Part shown: piece after piece, positions 18,347-27,643 of the stretch
How positions within the stretch are numbered: position 1 is the first letter of the stretch
Layout: every line of letters begins with the position of its first letter
Assembly: GCA_045649685.1 (NCBI GenBank)
Contig: JAZRQJ010000007.1
Coordinates: forward strand, 52,658 to 116,657
Length of the DNA stretch: 64,000 nt
Source: Oscillospiraceae bacterium
GTDB lineage: Bacteria; Bacillota; Clostridia; Oscillospirales; Ruminococcaceae
Reading direction: 5' to 3'
Notes under the pieces: model-generated
Database searches by the model: none
Told to the model about the DNA's origin: nothing
The model's input: the letters and a program-made list of their open reading frames with translations, nothing else
Made by a program: the position numbers and the translations under genes

Positions 18347-20014
18347 CTATTTATATGGATTTTTCAATATTGCTCCTGTATTTCCTGACGTTACCATTGA
18401 TGCATATCTTGCTAGGTATCCTTTGGTTATTTTGGGAGGTTTTGGTTTCCAATTAAGTTTGCGTTGATTTAGCTCAGCTGGATCTACTTTTATATTTATT
18501 TTGTTTTCTAAAATGTTTATAGAAATTATATCCCCATCTTTAATTAAAGCAATTGGGCCACCCACAGCCGCTTCTGGAGAAACATGTCCTATTGCAGCGC
18601 CTCTTGTTGCACCTGAAAATCGTCCATCTGTTATTAGTGCAACACTGTCTCCGAGGCCTCTTCCAACAATTGCAGATGTAGGATTTAACATTTCGCGCAT
18701 ACCCGGACCGCCCTTTGGCCCTTCATATCGAATGATAACTACATCACCAGGTATAATTTTACCTGTATTTATAGCGTTTTGGGCTTCTTCTTCACTATCA
18801 AAACATTTTGCAGGACCTTCGTGTACTAACATTTTTTCACAAACTGCTGATTTTTTTACAACACATGAATCTGGAGCTAAATTTCCTGTTAATATTGATA
18901 TACCGCCAGTAGAACTGTATGGTTTATTTACGGAACGTATTACATTTGTGTTTTTGTTTATGGAATTTTTAATGTTTTCTCCTAGTGTTTTGCCAGAGCA
19001 GGTCATAACATTTTTATGTAAAAGATTGAGTTTATTTATTTCATGCATAACAGCATAAACTCCGCCAGCTTCATCTAAATCTTCCATGAAATGATGTCCA
19101 GCGGGGGCAAGATGACATATATTTGGAGTTTTTGCGCTAATTTCATTAACAATATCTAAATTTAAATTTATTTCGCATTCATTAGCAATAGCAGGAAGAT
19201 GAAGAATGCTGTTTGTGGAGCATCCAAGAGCCATATCAACGGTTAGTGCGTTTTCAAATGCGTTAGTGGTCATTATATCTCTAGGACGAATGTTTTCTTT
19301 AAGCAATTTCATAATTTGAAAACCGGTTTGTTTAGCTAAACGGATTCGCTTGGAATATACTGCAGGGATAGTTCCATTACCTTGTAAAGCCATTCCAATC
19401 GCTTCGGTTAAACAATTCATAGAGTTGGCTGTAAACATTCCTGCACATGAACCACAAGTTGGGCATGAATTTTCAGAAAAGTCTTCTAATTGTTTTTCAT
19501 TAATTTTATCTACTGAAAATGCTCCCACTGCTTCGCTCATCTCAGAAAAACTAACTCGGCAATTATTAACTTTTCCCGATAACATTGGGCCTCCAGATAC
19601 AAATATTGTGGGGATGTTTAACCTAGCTGCAGCCATTAACATTCCAGGTACATTTTTATCACAATTTGGAACCATGACCAAAGCATCAAAGCCGTGGGCT
19701 AGCGTCATTGCTTCGATAGAGTCTGCAATTAAATCACGTGTTACAAGGGAATATTTCATTCCACTATGACCCATTGCAATTCCATCACATACAGCAATTG
19801 CAGGAAAAACAGCGGGAGTTCCGCCTGCCATTGCAATGCCCATTTTTACAGCATCAACTATTTTGTCTATATTTATATGTCCTGGAACAATTTCGTTATA
19901 TGAGCTAACTGTTCCTATCAGAGGCTTTTGCATTTCTTCTTTTGTGAAACCTAGAGCGTTAAATAGTGCTCTGTGTGGGGCATTTTGATATCCCGATATA
20001 ATGTCTTTTTTCAT
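18347..20014 (-). CDS. ilvD: dihydroxy-acid dehydratase
   Basis: Motifs '[11 protein letters not shown]', '[10 protein letters not shown]' and '[12 protein letters not shown]'. Confidence 0.95.
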   Translation of the reverse strand: MKKDIISGYQNAPHRALFNALGFTKEEMQKPLIGTVSSYNEIVPGHINIDKIVDAVKMGIAMAGGTPAVFPAIAVCDGIAMGHSGMKYSLVTRDLIADSIEAMTLAHGFDALVMVPNCDKNVPGMLMAAARLNIPTIFVSGGPMLSGKVNNCRVSFSEMSEAVGAFSVDKINEKQLEDFSENSCPTCGSCAGMFTANSMNCLTEAIGMALQGNGTIPAVYSKRIRLAKQTGFQIMKLLKENIRPRDIMTTNAFENALTVDMALGCSTNSILHLPAIANECEINLNLDIVNEISAKTPNICHLAPAGHHFMEDLDEAGGVYAVMHEINKLNLLHKNVMTCSGKTLGENIKNSINKNTNVIRSVNKPYSSTGGISILTGNLAPDSCVVKKSAVCEKMLVHEGPAKCFDSEEEAQNAINTGKIIPGDVVIIRYEGPKGGPGMREMLNPTSAIVGRGLGDSVALITDGRFSGATRGAAIGHVSPEAAVGGPIALIKDGDIISINILENKINIKVDPAELNQRKLNWKPKPPKITKGYLARYASMVTSGNTGAILKNPYK

Positions 20015-20117
20015 GGTTACAAATTAACTCCTTTTTAAAATTATATATTTTACTTATTTATAAAAATTTTATATAATTTAAATTAAATGTGTGATGTGAT
20101 AGAAAGGGTGACTTATT

Positions 20118-20438
20118 TTGGATAAAGTTGAGTTGATAGATCTATTAAATACTTTTGAGAATATTTCAATAGACAATCCATTTAGCAGGGGAAATAATTT
20201 AGTCGCTAGACATAAAGGAAATAGAAAATGGTTTGCTTTAATTGCGGAAGTTAATGGGAAATTAGCTGTTAATTTAAAATGTGATCCAATGAAGTCTGAT
20301 TTTCTTAGAAAGGTAAATAAGGCCATAGTTCCGGCTTGGCATATGAATAAATTGCATTGGAACACTGTTTTTGTAAATGAAATAGATATAAATGAACTTA
20401 AAGAATTAATTGAAGATAGTTATGAAATTACCAAATAA
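20118..20438 (+). CDS. MmcQ/YjbR-family protein
   Basis: 106 aa. 'RKWFALIAEVNGKLAVNLKCDP' and 'PAWHMNKLHWNTV' fit the YjbR-like pattern. TTG start. Confidence 0.65.
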   Translation: MDKVELIDLLNTFENISIDNPFSRGNNLVARHKGNRKWFALIAEVNGKLAVNLKCDPMKSDFLRKVNKAIVPAWHMNKLHWNTVFVNEIDINELKELIEDSYEITK

Positions 20439-20439
20439 A

Positions 20440-20477
20440 TAGACCAGGATACAAAGATATAACCTGGCCTATTTTTA
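20440..20477. terminator. terminator between the convergent yjbR-like gene and rex
   Basis: TAGACCAGG ... CCTGGCCTA stem (one mismatch) followed by TTTTT. Confidence 0.7.
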
Positions 20478-20479
20478 TA

Positions 20480-21118
20480 CTATTGGTTTAATTTACTCAT
20501 TTGAAAACAAAGAGTTAACAAACTATCGCTAATATGGACATTCTCTACAATAACATTATCAAGATTTATCGCAAAATCATAGTGACTAAAATTCCAAAAT
20601 CCTTTTATGCCTAGATCGACCAGTGTTTGTGCCAAACTTTCAGCACCTTCTTGTGGTATACATAATATTGCAACTTTAGGAGAATTTTTTTTGCAAAAAC
20701 TTTTTAAATCACGAATATTTAAAACATCATATCCAGCAATGTTTTTACCTATAATATCAATATTTTGATCGAAAACACCAACTAAATTGAATCCTTTATC
20801 GTTAAAATTCATATAGGATAAAATGGCTTTCCCGAGATTTCCAGCGCCAATTAAAATTGCGTTTGTTTGATGTGAAATACCCAATATATCTTCTATTTCT
20901 TTGTGCAAATCATTAACATTATAGCCATATCCTTGTTGACCAAATTCCCCAAAACAATGTAAATCCTGCCTAATTTGAGAAGCAGTTATTCCAAGCATCT
21001 CGGATAGTTTTTTTGAAGAAATTCTAGGTATATTTTCCTGTATCAATTTACCTAAAAAGCGATAATATCTTGGCAATCTGCGTATGACAGACATTGAAAC
21101 GTCATTTGACTTAGACAT
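20480..21118 (-). CDS. rex: redox-sensing transcriptional repressor Rex
   Basis: Winged-helix motif 'VIRRLPRYYRFL' plus the Rossmann motif 'LIGAGNLGKA'. Confidence 0.9.
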   Translation of the reverse strand: MSKSNDVSMSVIRRLPRYYRFLGKLIQENIPRISSKKLSEMLGITASQIRQDLHCFGEFGQQGYGYNVNDLHKEIEDILGISHQTNAILIGAGNLGKAILSYMNFNDKGFNLVGVFDQNIDIIGKNIAGYDVLNIRDLKSFCKKNSPKVAILCIPQEGAESLAQTLVDLGIKGFWNFSHYDFAINLDNVIVENVHISDSLLTLCFQMSKLNQ

Positions 21119-21145
21119 TTGTTTTTATACTCCAAATTAAATTTA

Positions 21146-22303
21146 TTAAAGGGTTTCAGTGGTTTTCATAACATAGTCGCCAAATTCTTTGGTTGTTGCA
21201 CCATCTTTTCTACCAGTTATTTTTAATTTTTGTTCTTTAAACATGCAAATATCTAGAGCATTTTCTAATTTATCTGCTTGTTCTTGGAATCCTATATGTG
21301 ATAGCAATAAAACAGATGCACGCAATATTGAACATGGATCAGCATACATATCTCTACCTTCAGCAACCATTCTAGGAGCAGAGCCATGAATTGCTTCAAA
21401 CATTGCGTAGCGTTTTCCCAGATTTGCACTACCAGCAGTTCCAACTCCGCCTTGAAATTCAGCAGCTTCATCTGTGATAATGTCTCCATATAGGTTTGGC
21501 AAAATGAAAACAGAAAAATCTTTTCTACGATTTTTGTCTATCAATTTTGCAGTTGTTATGTCTATATACCAGTCATCTACTTCAATTTCTGGGAACTCTT
21601 GAGCAACTTTTTTGCAGTCACGTAAAAAATTGCCATCTGTTGTTTTTATAACATTTGCTTTAGTTATTATTGAAACTTTCTTTTTATTATTTTTTCTAGC
21701 ATATTCAAAAGCCATTCTTGCAATACGCTCTGAACCCTGATGAGTTGTTACTGTAAAGTCTATAGCTAAATCTTCATCTATATTTATACCGCAAGAACCC
21801 AAAGCATAAGAACCTTCAGTGTTTTCACGGAAGAATGTCCAGTCTATGCCTTCGCTAGGGACTTTAACGGGACGTACGTTAGCAAATAGATCCAATTCTT
21901 TTCTCATTGCAACATTTGCACTCTCTATATTTGGCCAAGGATCGCCTTTTCTAGGAGTTGTTGTTGGTCCTTTTAATATAACATCGCATTCTTTTAATTC
22001 GTTTAAAACATCATCTGGTATAGCTTTGTTAGCTTTAGCACGATTTTCAATAGTTAAGCCATCTATATCTTTGAATTCAACTTTTCCGGAATTAACAGCA
22101 TCTGTTAATAAAAATTTAAGAACTCTTTCTGCTTCTTTGGTTATTACAGGGCCTATTCCATCGCCACCACAAATTCCTATTTTTATTGTATCTAAATTCT
22201 TATAATCTACGAAATCTTTCTGTGATTTCATCATCTTGATTCTATCCAGTTGATTTTTTATCAATTTTTCAAAATGATTGGTTGCATTAGATATTTTTTC
22301 CAT
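21146..22303 (-). CDS. icd: isocitrate/isopropylmalate dehydrogenase family protein, probably isocitrate dehydrogenase
   Basis: Motifs 'GGDGIGPVI', 'NLYGDIITDEAAEFQGGVGTAGSANLG' and 'FEAIHGSAP'. Isocitrate as substrate is inferred from the aconitase at 61.9 kb and the absence of leu genes nearby. Confidence 0.8.
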   Translation of the reverse strand: MEKISNATNHFEKLIKNQLDRIKMMKSQKDFVDYKNLDTIKIGICGGDGIGPVITKEAERVLKFLLTDAVNSGKVEFKDIDGLTIENRAKANKAIPDDVLNELKECDVILKGPTTTPRKGDPWPNIESANVAMRKELDLFANVRPVKVPSEGIDWTFFRENTEGSYALGSCGINIDEDLAIDFTVTTHQGSERIARMAFEYARKNNKKKVSIITKANVIKTTDGNFLRDCKKVAQEFPEIEVDDWYIDITTAKLIDKNRRKDFSVFILPNLYGDIITDEAAEFQGGVGTAGSANLGKRYAMFEAIHGSAPRMVAEGRDMYADPCSILRASVLLLSHIGFQEQADKLENALDICMFKEQKLKITGRKDGATTKEFGDYVMKTTETL

Positions 22304-22429
22304 AATGTTTATCTCCTCTTTATATTTTGAAACCTGTTTTAAGTAAAATAAAACAAATTATACTGCATATTAAATTGTATCATATAAATTAATATAAATC
22401 AAAATATCTTTAACATTTATGGGTAATTT

Positions 22430-22624
22430 TTATTTAAAACGGTATTTATTTATCTCACTAAGTACTTCATTTGCATTTAATTTAGAAAAATTTAAATTTA
22501 TATGAATTGCGTAGTCTTTTGAAAATTTTTTATTGAGTTTATATTTTATTTTTGCCAAAAATGATGAGTTATTATAAAATTCTTGCGATAATTTTAACGC
22601 TATAATTTTATTTTTTAATTGTTT
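22430..22624 (-). pseudogene. in-frame open continuation (64 codons) after the TAG stop of the 22625-23044 gene
   Basis: My own translation after the TAG gives KQLKNKIIALKLSQEFYNNSSFLAKIKYKLNKKFSKDYAIHINLNFSKLNANEVLSEINKYRFK*. It aligns without gaps to the C-terminus and post-stop frame of the paralog at 23218-23700. Confidence 0.55.
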
Positions 22625-23044
22625 CTAATTATTTGAAAAGAGGTAGTTTTTTGGATTAAAGACGCATATGTCTTCAATATGTTTCCATTCTATTAATGTT
22701 GGTTTTGAAAAAATATTCCACTGATTGATCAATAAGCCCTTATTATCTATAACTAGAAGTTCTTTTTCTTCATTTTTAAAAAATAGTTTATTTAAAATTA
22801 TTTTAATTAGAAGAGATGTGAACAAAATACTAGCGAATCCAAAAAATACAATGCCGATAATCATAATGATTCTAATAATAAACTTATTTCTAATTCGTCT
22901 TCCTCTTGGAAGACGCGCTGCATCTGGCATTTCTGTTGATGGTAAGGTAGCAATATATATGCATCCAAGAGTAAACAAAATTGATATGATACTCAAAAAG
23001 GCTACTTTTTTTACATTAAAGCTCACAACAAAGTGGTTTTTCAT
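22625..23044 (-). CDS. two-TM membrane protein, paralog A (premature TAG relative to the ancestral frame)
   Basis: Two N-terminal hydrophobic helices, then 'LLVIDNKGLLINQWNIFSKPTLIEWKHIEDI', which resembles 'AVIISNKGIYRSKWYIFSKPMFINRNSIDVY' in the neighbouring gene. Confidence 0.6.
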   Translation of the reverse strand: MKNHFVVSFNVKKVAFLSIISILFTLGCIYIATLPSTEMPDAARLPRGRRIRNKFIIRIIMIIGIVFFGFASILFTSLLIKIILNKLFFKNEEKELLVIDNKGLLINQWNIFSKPTLIEWKHIEDICVFNPKNYLFSNN

Positions 23045-23106
23045 ATTTGTAATATCCTATTCAAAATAAATTTAACGTTTAAGAACTAATTTGATTCTTT
23101 GAAATA

Positions 23107-23217
23107 TTATTTTTTAGAAGAACATTCCTTCATTTTGTTAATTACTTTTTTGGCATCTTACTTAGTAAAAAATAATCTTATACGAAAATGACAACCATGA
23201 GATGTTAAGCTTGTAAA
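23107..23217 (-). pseudogene. in-frame continuation after the TAA stop of the 23218-23700 gene, carrying one more in-frame TAA
   Basis: The post-stop frame reads FTSLTSHGCHFRIRLFFTK*DAKKVINKMKECSSKK*. 'IRLFFTK*DAKKVINKMKE' aligns column for column with 'INLNFSKLNANEVLSEINK' of paralog A's tail. Confidence 0.55.
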
Positions 23218-23700
23218 TTAACAAGCTATTTTTTCCATTATAGATAGGTTATCATAAAATTCTTTTTTGAGAGTTAAACATATTGAGTTATTGTTAAAAA
23301 ATAGCCAAGGCATGCCTGAGCTGCTATTTCTTGATATATAATGATATGTTGAAGTGTACACATCTATACTATTCCGATTTATAAACATAGGTTTAGAAAA
23401 TATATACCATTTACTTCGATATATTCCCTTATTGCTGATAATTACAGCTGCTTCTTTTCTTTTGAAAAGCACTTTAATAAAAAGATAAATGTAGGTATAA
23501 AAAAAGCATGAAACTCCACAAAATACTACAGCAAAAGCATAAACCAAAAGGAAAGCTTGTTTTGGATCAAGTTGATTATTTAAAATCAATGATATAATAA
23601 TTGTGTTAACATATAACATAATAGATAGAAAAGATAATAGGAATAAAGTATGTAGTATTATTAGTTTTTTGTCAAAATAAATTATTAAGTCATCTTTCAT
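23218..23700 (-). CDS. two-TM membrane protein, paralog B
   Basis: Same architecture as 22625-23044. The C-terminal 'LKKEFYDNLSIMEKI' matches the post-stop 'LKLSQEFYNNSSFLAKI' of paralog A. Confidence 0.6.
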   Translation of the reverse strand: MKDDLIIYFDKKLIILHTLFLLSFLSIMLYVNTIIISLILNNQLDPKQAFLLVYAFAVVFCGVSCFFYTYIYLFIKVLFKRKEAAVIISNKGIYRSKWYIFSKPMFINRNSIDVYTSTYHYISRNSSSGMPWLFFNNNSICLTLKKEFYDNLSIMEKIAC

Positions 23701-23753
23701 GTTTAAAGTTCATCCTAATCTTTATGTTAATTATTAGAGAGTATAAATTATAC

Positions 23754-23785
23754 CATAAAAAAACGCTGTAAAACTAAATTACAGC
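23754..23785 (-). terminator. intrinsic terminator after the tRNA pair
   Basis: On the minus strand, GCTGTAA-TTTAGTT-TTACAGC is followed by GTTTTTTT. Confidence 0.8.
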
Positions 23786-23795
23786 ATATAAATAA

Positions 23796-23880
23796 TGGTG
23801 GGAGATGATGGATTCGAACCATCGAAGCATAAAGCAACAGATTTACAGTCTGCCCCCTTTGGCCGCTCGGGAAATCTCCC
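23796..23880 (-). tRNA. tRNA-Tyr (GTA), class II with long variable arm, CCA encoded
   Basis: The reverse complement GGGAGATTTCCCGAGCGGCCAAAGGGGGCAGACTGTAAATCTGT...GGTTCGAATCCATCATCTCCCACCA folds as a cloverleaf. The anticodon loop is CTGTAAA. Confidence 0.93.
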
Positions 23881-23892
23881 ATATATACAAAA

Positions 23893-23968
23893 TGGAGCTG
23901 GTGGACGGACTTGAACCCCCGACCTGCTGATTACAAATCAGCTGCTCTACCAACTGAGCTACACCAGC
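23893..23968 (-). tRNA. tRNA-Thr (TGT), CCA encoded
   Basis: The reverse complement is GCTGGTGTAGCTCAGTTGGTAGAGCAGCTGATTTGTAATCAGCAGGTCGGGGGTTCAAGTCCGTCCACCAGCTCCA. The anticodon stem-loop is GCTGA-TTTGTAA-TCAGC. Confidence 0.93.
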
Positions 23969-23995
23969 AACTTACAAAATATCAAGTGCTCAAGT

Positions 23996-24025
23996 ATTAT
24001 AACATATACAGTTTATTGTTGTCAA
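23996..24025 (-). promoter_or_regulatory. sigma-A-type promoter for the tRNA-Thr/tRNA-Tyr operon
   Basis: On the minus strand: TTGACA (24025-24020), an 18-nt spacer, then TATAAT (24001-23996). Confidence 0.7.
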
Positions 24026-24142
24026 CACAAAAATAAAAAAATATTAAAAATAGTAATTTGTTTGTTTTTGAATTTCTTGAAATTTTACGATATTCATGAT
24101 ACTATATAAACTGAATTAGTTTTATAGAAAAGGTGTGACAAT

Positions 24143-25585
24143 ATGGGTTACGATGTTAAAAATTCTTATGAGAGTCCGTTTTGTACTAGATATGCTAGTA
24201 AAGAAATGCAATATATTTTTTCGCCAAATAAAAAATTTAAAACTTGGAGAAAATTGTGGGTTGCTTTGGCTCGAGCAGAACATGAATTAGGGTTGCCGAT
24301 TACTGATGCTCAAATAAAAGAATTAGAATCTAAGATTGATGATATTAATTATGATGTTGCTCAGGAACGTGAAAAATTAGTTAGACATGATGTAATGGCT
24401 CATGTTTATGCTTATGGTAAACAGTGTCCGAATGCTGCTGGAATTATCCATTTGGGGGCTACATCTTGTTATGTTGGTGATAACACTGATGTAATTGTAA
24501 TGAAGGAAGGCTTGTTGTTAGTTCAGAAAAAATTAATAGGTGTTATAGCACTTCTATCTAAATTTGCTGAAAAATACAAAGATGTTCCATGTCTAGCATA
24601 TACACATCTTCAGCCTGCTCAACTTACGACTGTTGGAAAAAGAGCAACACTTTGGTTAAATGAGTTGTGTATGGATAATGAACATCTGACCAATTTAATT
24701 TCAAATTTGAAATTGTTAGGATCAAAAGGAACTACTGGAACTCAAGCCAGTTTTTTTGAATTATTTAACGGAGATAAAAATAAAATTAAAGAGCTAGAAA
24801 ATAAGATAGCAAACGAAATGGGATTTGATGGGGTAGTTCCAGTTTCTGGGCAAACATATTCTAGGAAAGTAGATTACTATGTTTGTTCTGCTCTTGCTGC
24901 TGTTGCTCAGTCTGCAATGAAATTTTCTAATGATATGAGACTTTTGCAAAATTTTAAAGAGATTGAAGAACCATTTGAAAAGAACCAAATCGGTTCGTCA
25001 GCTATGCCATATAAACGTAACCCAATGAGAAATGAAAGAATAACAGCTCTCGCTAGATATGTTATGGTAGATGTTTTGAACTCTGCGTTTACTGCTGGAA
25101 CGCAGTGGTTTGAGAGAACGTTAGACGATTCTGCAAATAAAAGAATATCAGTTGCAGAAGCTTTTTTAGGAATAGATTCTATTTTAAATATTATGCTTAA
25201 TGTTTGTGATGGAATTGTGGTATATCCTAAGGTTATAAATCAGCGTGTTATGAATGAACTGCCATTTATGGCAACTGAGAATATAATGATGGCTGCAGTA
25301 AAGAAGGGTGGAAATAGGCAAGAACTTCATGAGAAATTAAGAAAACATTCTATTTCAGCAGCGGCAGTTGTAAAACAAGAAGGAAAGAAAAATGATTTAA
25401 TTGAAAGACTTTGTCAGGATGAGTCTTTTGGATTAAGTAGAGATGAGATTTCGTCAATATTGAAACCAGAGAATTTTATAGGTATGAGTGTAAGTCAAGT
25501 GGATGATTTTTTGAGCGATGTTGTTAATCCAATTTTAGAAAATTACTCTGATGATCTTAAAATGAATATTGAACTTATGGTTTAG
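24143..25585 (+). CDS. purB: adenylosuccinate lyase
   Basis: Fumarate-lyase signature 'GSSAMPYKRNP', plus 'THLQPAQLTTVGKR'. Confidence 0.94.
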   Translation: MGYDVKNSYESPFCTRYASKEMQYIFSPNKKFKTWRKLWVALARAEHELGLPITDAQIKELESKIDDINYDVAQEREKLVRHDVMAHVYAYGKQCPNAAGIIHLGATSCYVGDNTDVIVMKEGLLLVQKKLIGVIALLSKFAEKYKDVPCLAYTHLQPAQLTTVGKRATLWLNELCMDNEHLTNLISNLKLLGSKGTTGTQASFFELFNGDKNKIKELENKIANEMGFDGVVPVSGQTYSRKVDYYVCSALAAVAQSAMKFSNDMRLLQNFKEIEEPFEKNQIGSSAMPYKRNPMRNERITALARYVMVDVLNSAFTAGTQWFERTLDDSANKRISVAEAFLGIDSILNIMLNVCDGIVVYPKVINQRVMNELPFMATENIMMAAVKKGGNRQELHEKLRKHSISAAAVVKQEGKKNDLIERLCQDESFGLSRDEISSILKPENFIGMSVSQVDDFLSDVVNPILENYSDDLKMNIELMV

Positions 25586-25659
25586 TGTTGTATTATAATA
25601 AAAACTTGTGAGGAGAAAGTTTTAGAAGAAATTAATTATTTTGTGGATTATATATAATA

Positions 25660-25712
25660 AAAATAACCTTAAAGTGTCTACGATATAAAAACACTTTAGG
25701 GTTATTTTTAAT
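25660..25712. terminator. bidirectional terminator between convergent purB and thrS
   Basis: About 18-bp stem AAAATAACCTTAAAGTGT / ACACTTTAGGGTTATTTT (one G-T pair), flanked by A and T runs. Confidence 0.85.
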
Positions 25713-25723
25713 TTTACATTTTT

Positions 25724-27619
25724 TTATTTTTCAAGATTTTTTAATTGCTCAATAAACGCATCTAACTCCATTGTGCCCTTGTCGCCTTCTTGATATTGTC
25801 TTACAGAAACAGAGTTTAAACTTTGTTCTTTTTCTCCAACAATTAATGTATATGGGATTTTTTGCATTTGTGATTCACGAATTTTATATCCGACTTTCTC
25901 ATTTCTTTCGTCTATTTCTGTTCTAAAACCGTGAGCCACTAACTGATTTTGAATTTTCTTTGCATATTCAATAAAATGATCGGATATAGGTAATATTCTT
26001 ATTTGAACAGGTGATAGCCAGAAAGGAAATGCGCCTGCAAAATGTTCAATTAAAATTCCAATAAATCTTTCTATGCTACCAAACGCCACTCTATGGATCA
26101 TAATAGGTCTGTGTTTTACGCCATCACTGCCGGTATATTCTAGTTCAAAACGTTCGGGCAATTGGAAATCTAGTTGAATTGTTCCGCATTGCCATGTTCG
26201 ACCTAAGCAATCTTTTAAATGGAAATCAATTTTAGGACCATAAAAAGCGCCGTCGCCTTCATTTATTTTGTAACTAAGATTTGCCTCGTCCATCGCATCT
26301 TTCAGGGCATTTGTTGCTATTTCCCAGTCTTCTAATTCACCAATGTGATCATCTGGCATTGTTGATAGTTCTAAATGATATTCAAAGTTAAATTTGCTAT
26401 ACATATCATCAATTAAACTGATAATTTGCTTGATTTCATCTTTTATTTGTTCTCTCATTAAAAATATGTGGGCATCGTCTTGAGTGAAACATCTAACTCT
26501 CATCAAACCATGTAAAGCTCCCGATAGCTCATGTCTATGCACAATTCCTAATTCTCCCAAGCGTAAAGGAAAATCTTTATATGAACGCATTTTTGTTTTA
26601 TAAACTAGGATACTGCCAGGGCAATTCATAGGTTTAATTGCAAAATCTTGTTCGTCTATAGTTGTTGTATACATGTTTTCTTTATAATGAGACCAATGTC
26701 CACTTTTTTCCCAGAGAGACCTAGATAATATTATTGGCGTGGATATTTCTTGATAGCCTGCCTTGGAATGTATTTTACGCCAATAGGCTATTAAAAGATT
26801 TTTAACCATCATTCCTTTTGGTAAGAAAAATGGAAATCCCGGGCCTTCTTCCATTAAACTAAATAATTCTAATTCTTTTCCCAGTTTGCGATGATCTCTG
26901 CGTTTTGCTTCTTCCAGCATGGTTAGGTGTTTATCTAAAAGGCTTGCTTTTGGAAATGAAATACCATAAATTCTTTGAAGCATTTTATTATTTGCGTCTG
27001 CTCGCCAGTATGCACCAGTTATGCTTGTTAGTTTTAATGCTTTAACTTTGCTTGTTGATAGAAGGTGTGGGCCAGCACAAAGATCTAAAAAGTCGCCTTG
27101 TTCGAATATAGATATTTCTTCACCCTTACCAGCATGTTCATTAATTAATTCAATTTTATAATCCTGTTTCAAATTTGTCATTAATTGTAATGCATCACTG
27201 GAAGAAAGGATCTTTTTTTCTAAAGGAATATCTTCTTTTATGATTTTTTTCATTTCACTTTCTATTTTTGGTAGATCTTCAGGAGTAATTTTAGGTTCAA
27301 CATCTATATCATAGTAAAATCCATTTTCAATTGCGGGGCCAATACCAAATTTAGCGTTTGGATATAATCTCTGAACAGCCTGAGCAAATATATGTGCAGT
27401 TGTATGCCAATATGCTTTTTTACCCTCGGCAGAATCAAATGTGCATATTTCAACGCTACAGTCTTCTGTAATTGGAGTTCGAAGATCGGCTAATTTTCCA
27501 TCTATTTTTCCGCAACATGCAGATTTATAAAGACTGTTGCTAATAAAATTTGCAATTTCGGCGATTGTAATTCCATTTTCAAATTCGTGGATTTCGCCCC
27601 TTAAATTTATTTTAGCCAT
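25724..27619 (-). CDS. thrS: threonine--tRNA ligase
   Basis: N-terminal TGS domain, editing-domain motif 'HTTAHIFAQA', and class-II core motif 'HRHELSGALHGLMRVRCFTQDDAHIF'. Confidence 0.95.
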   Translation of the reverse strand: MAKINLRGEIHEFENGITIAEIANFISNSLYKSACCGKIDGKLADLRTPITEDCSVEICTFDSAEGKKAYWHTTAHIFAQAVQRLYPNAKFGIGPAIENGFYYDIDVEPKITPEDLPKIESEMKKIIKEDIPLEKKILSSSDALQLMTNLKQDYKIELINEHAGKGEEISIFEQGDFLDLCAGPHLLSTSKVKALKLTSITGAYWRADANNKMLQRIYGISFPKASLLDKHLTMLEEAKRRDHRKLGKELELFSLMEEGPGFPFFLPKGMMVKNLLIAYWRKIHSKAGYQEISTPIILSRSLWEKSGHWSHYKENMYTTTIDEQDFAIKPMNCPGSILVYKTKMRSYKDFPLRLGELGIVHRHELSGALHGLMRVRCFTQDDAHIFLMREQIKDEIKQIISLIDDMYSKFNFEYHLELSTMPDDHIGELEDWEIATNALKDAMDEANLSYKINEGDGAFYGPKIDFHLKDCLGRTWQCGTIQLDFQLPERFELEYTGSDGVKHRPIMIHRVAFGSIERFIGILIEHFAGAFPFWLSPVQIRILPISDHFIEYAKKIQNQLVAHGFRTEIDERNEKVGYKIRESQMQKIPYTLIVGEKEQSLNSVSVRQYQEGDKGTMELDAFIEQLKNLEK

Positions 27620-27643
27620 AATTTTTAATCTCCTTTTAAATTG

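Noticed and set aside
22625-22627. In-frame TAG/TAA codons in the two membrane-protein paralogs as evidence for a reassigned stop codon or pyrrolysine-type recoding.
   Set aside because: TAG and TAA cleanly terminate many conserved genes in this window at the expected C-termini (for example accB, fabZ, rpsI, fabF and gap). No pyl-type genes are seen. Nonsense mutation or truncation is the simpler explanation.
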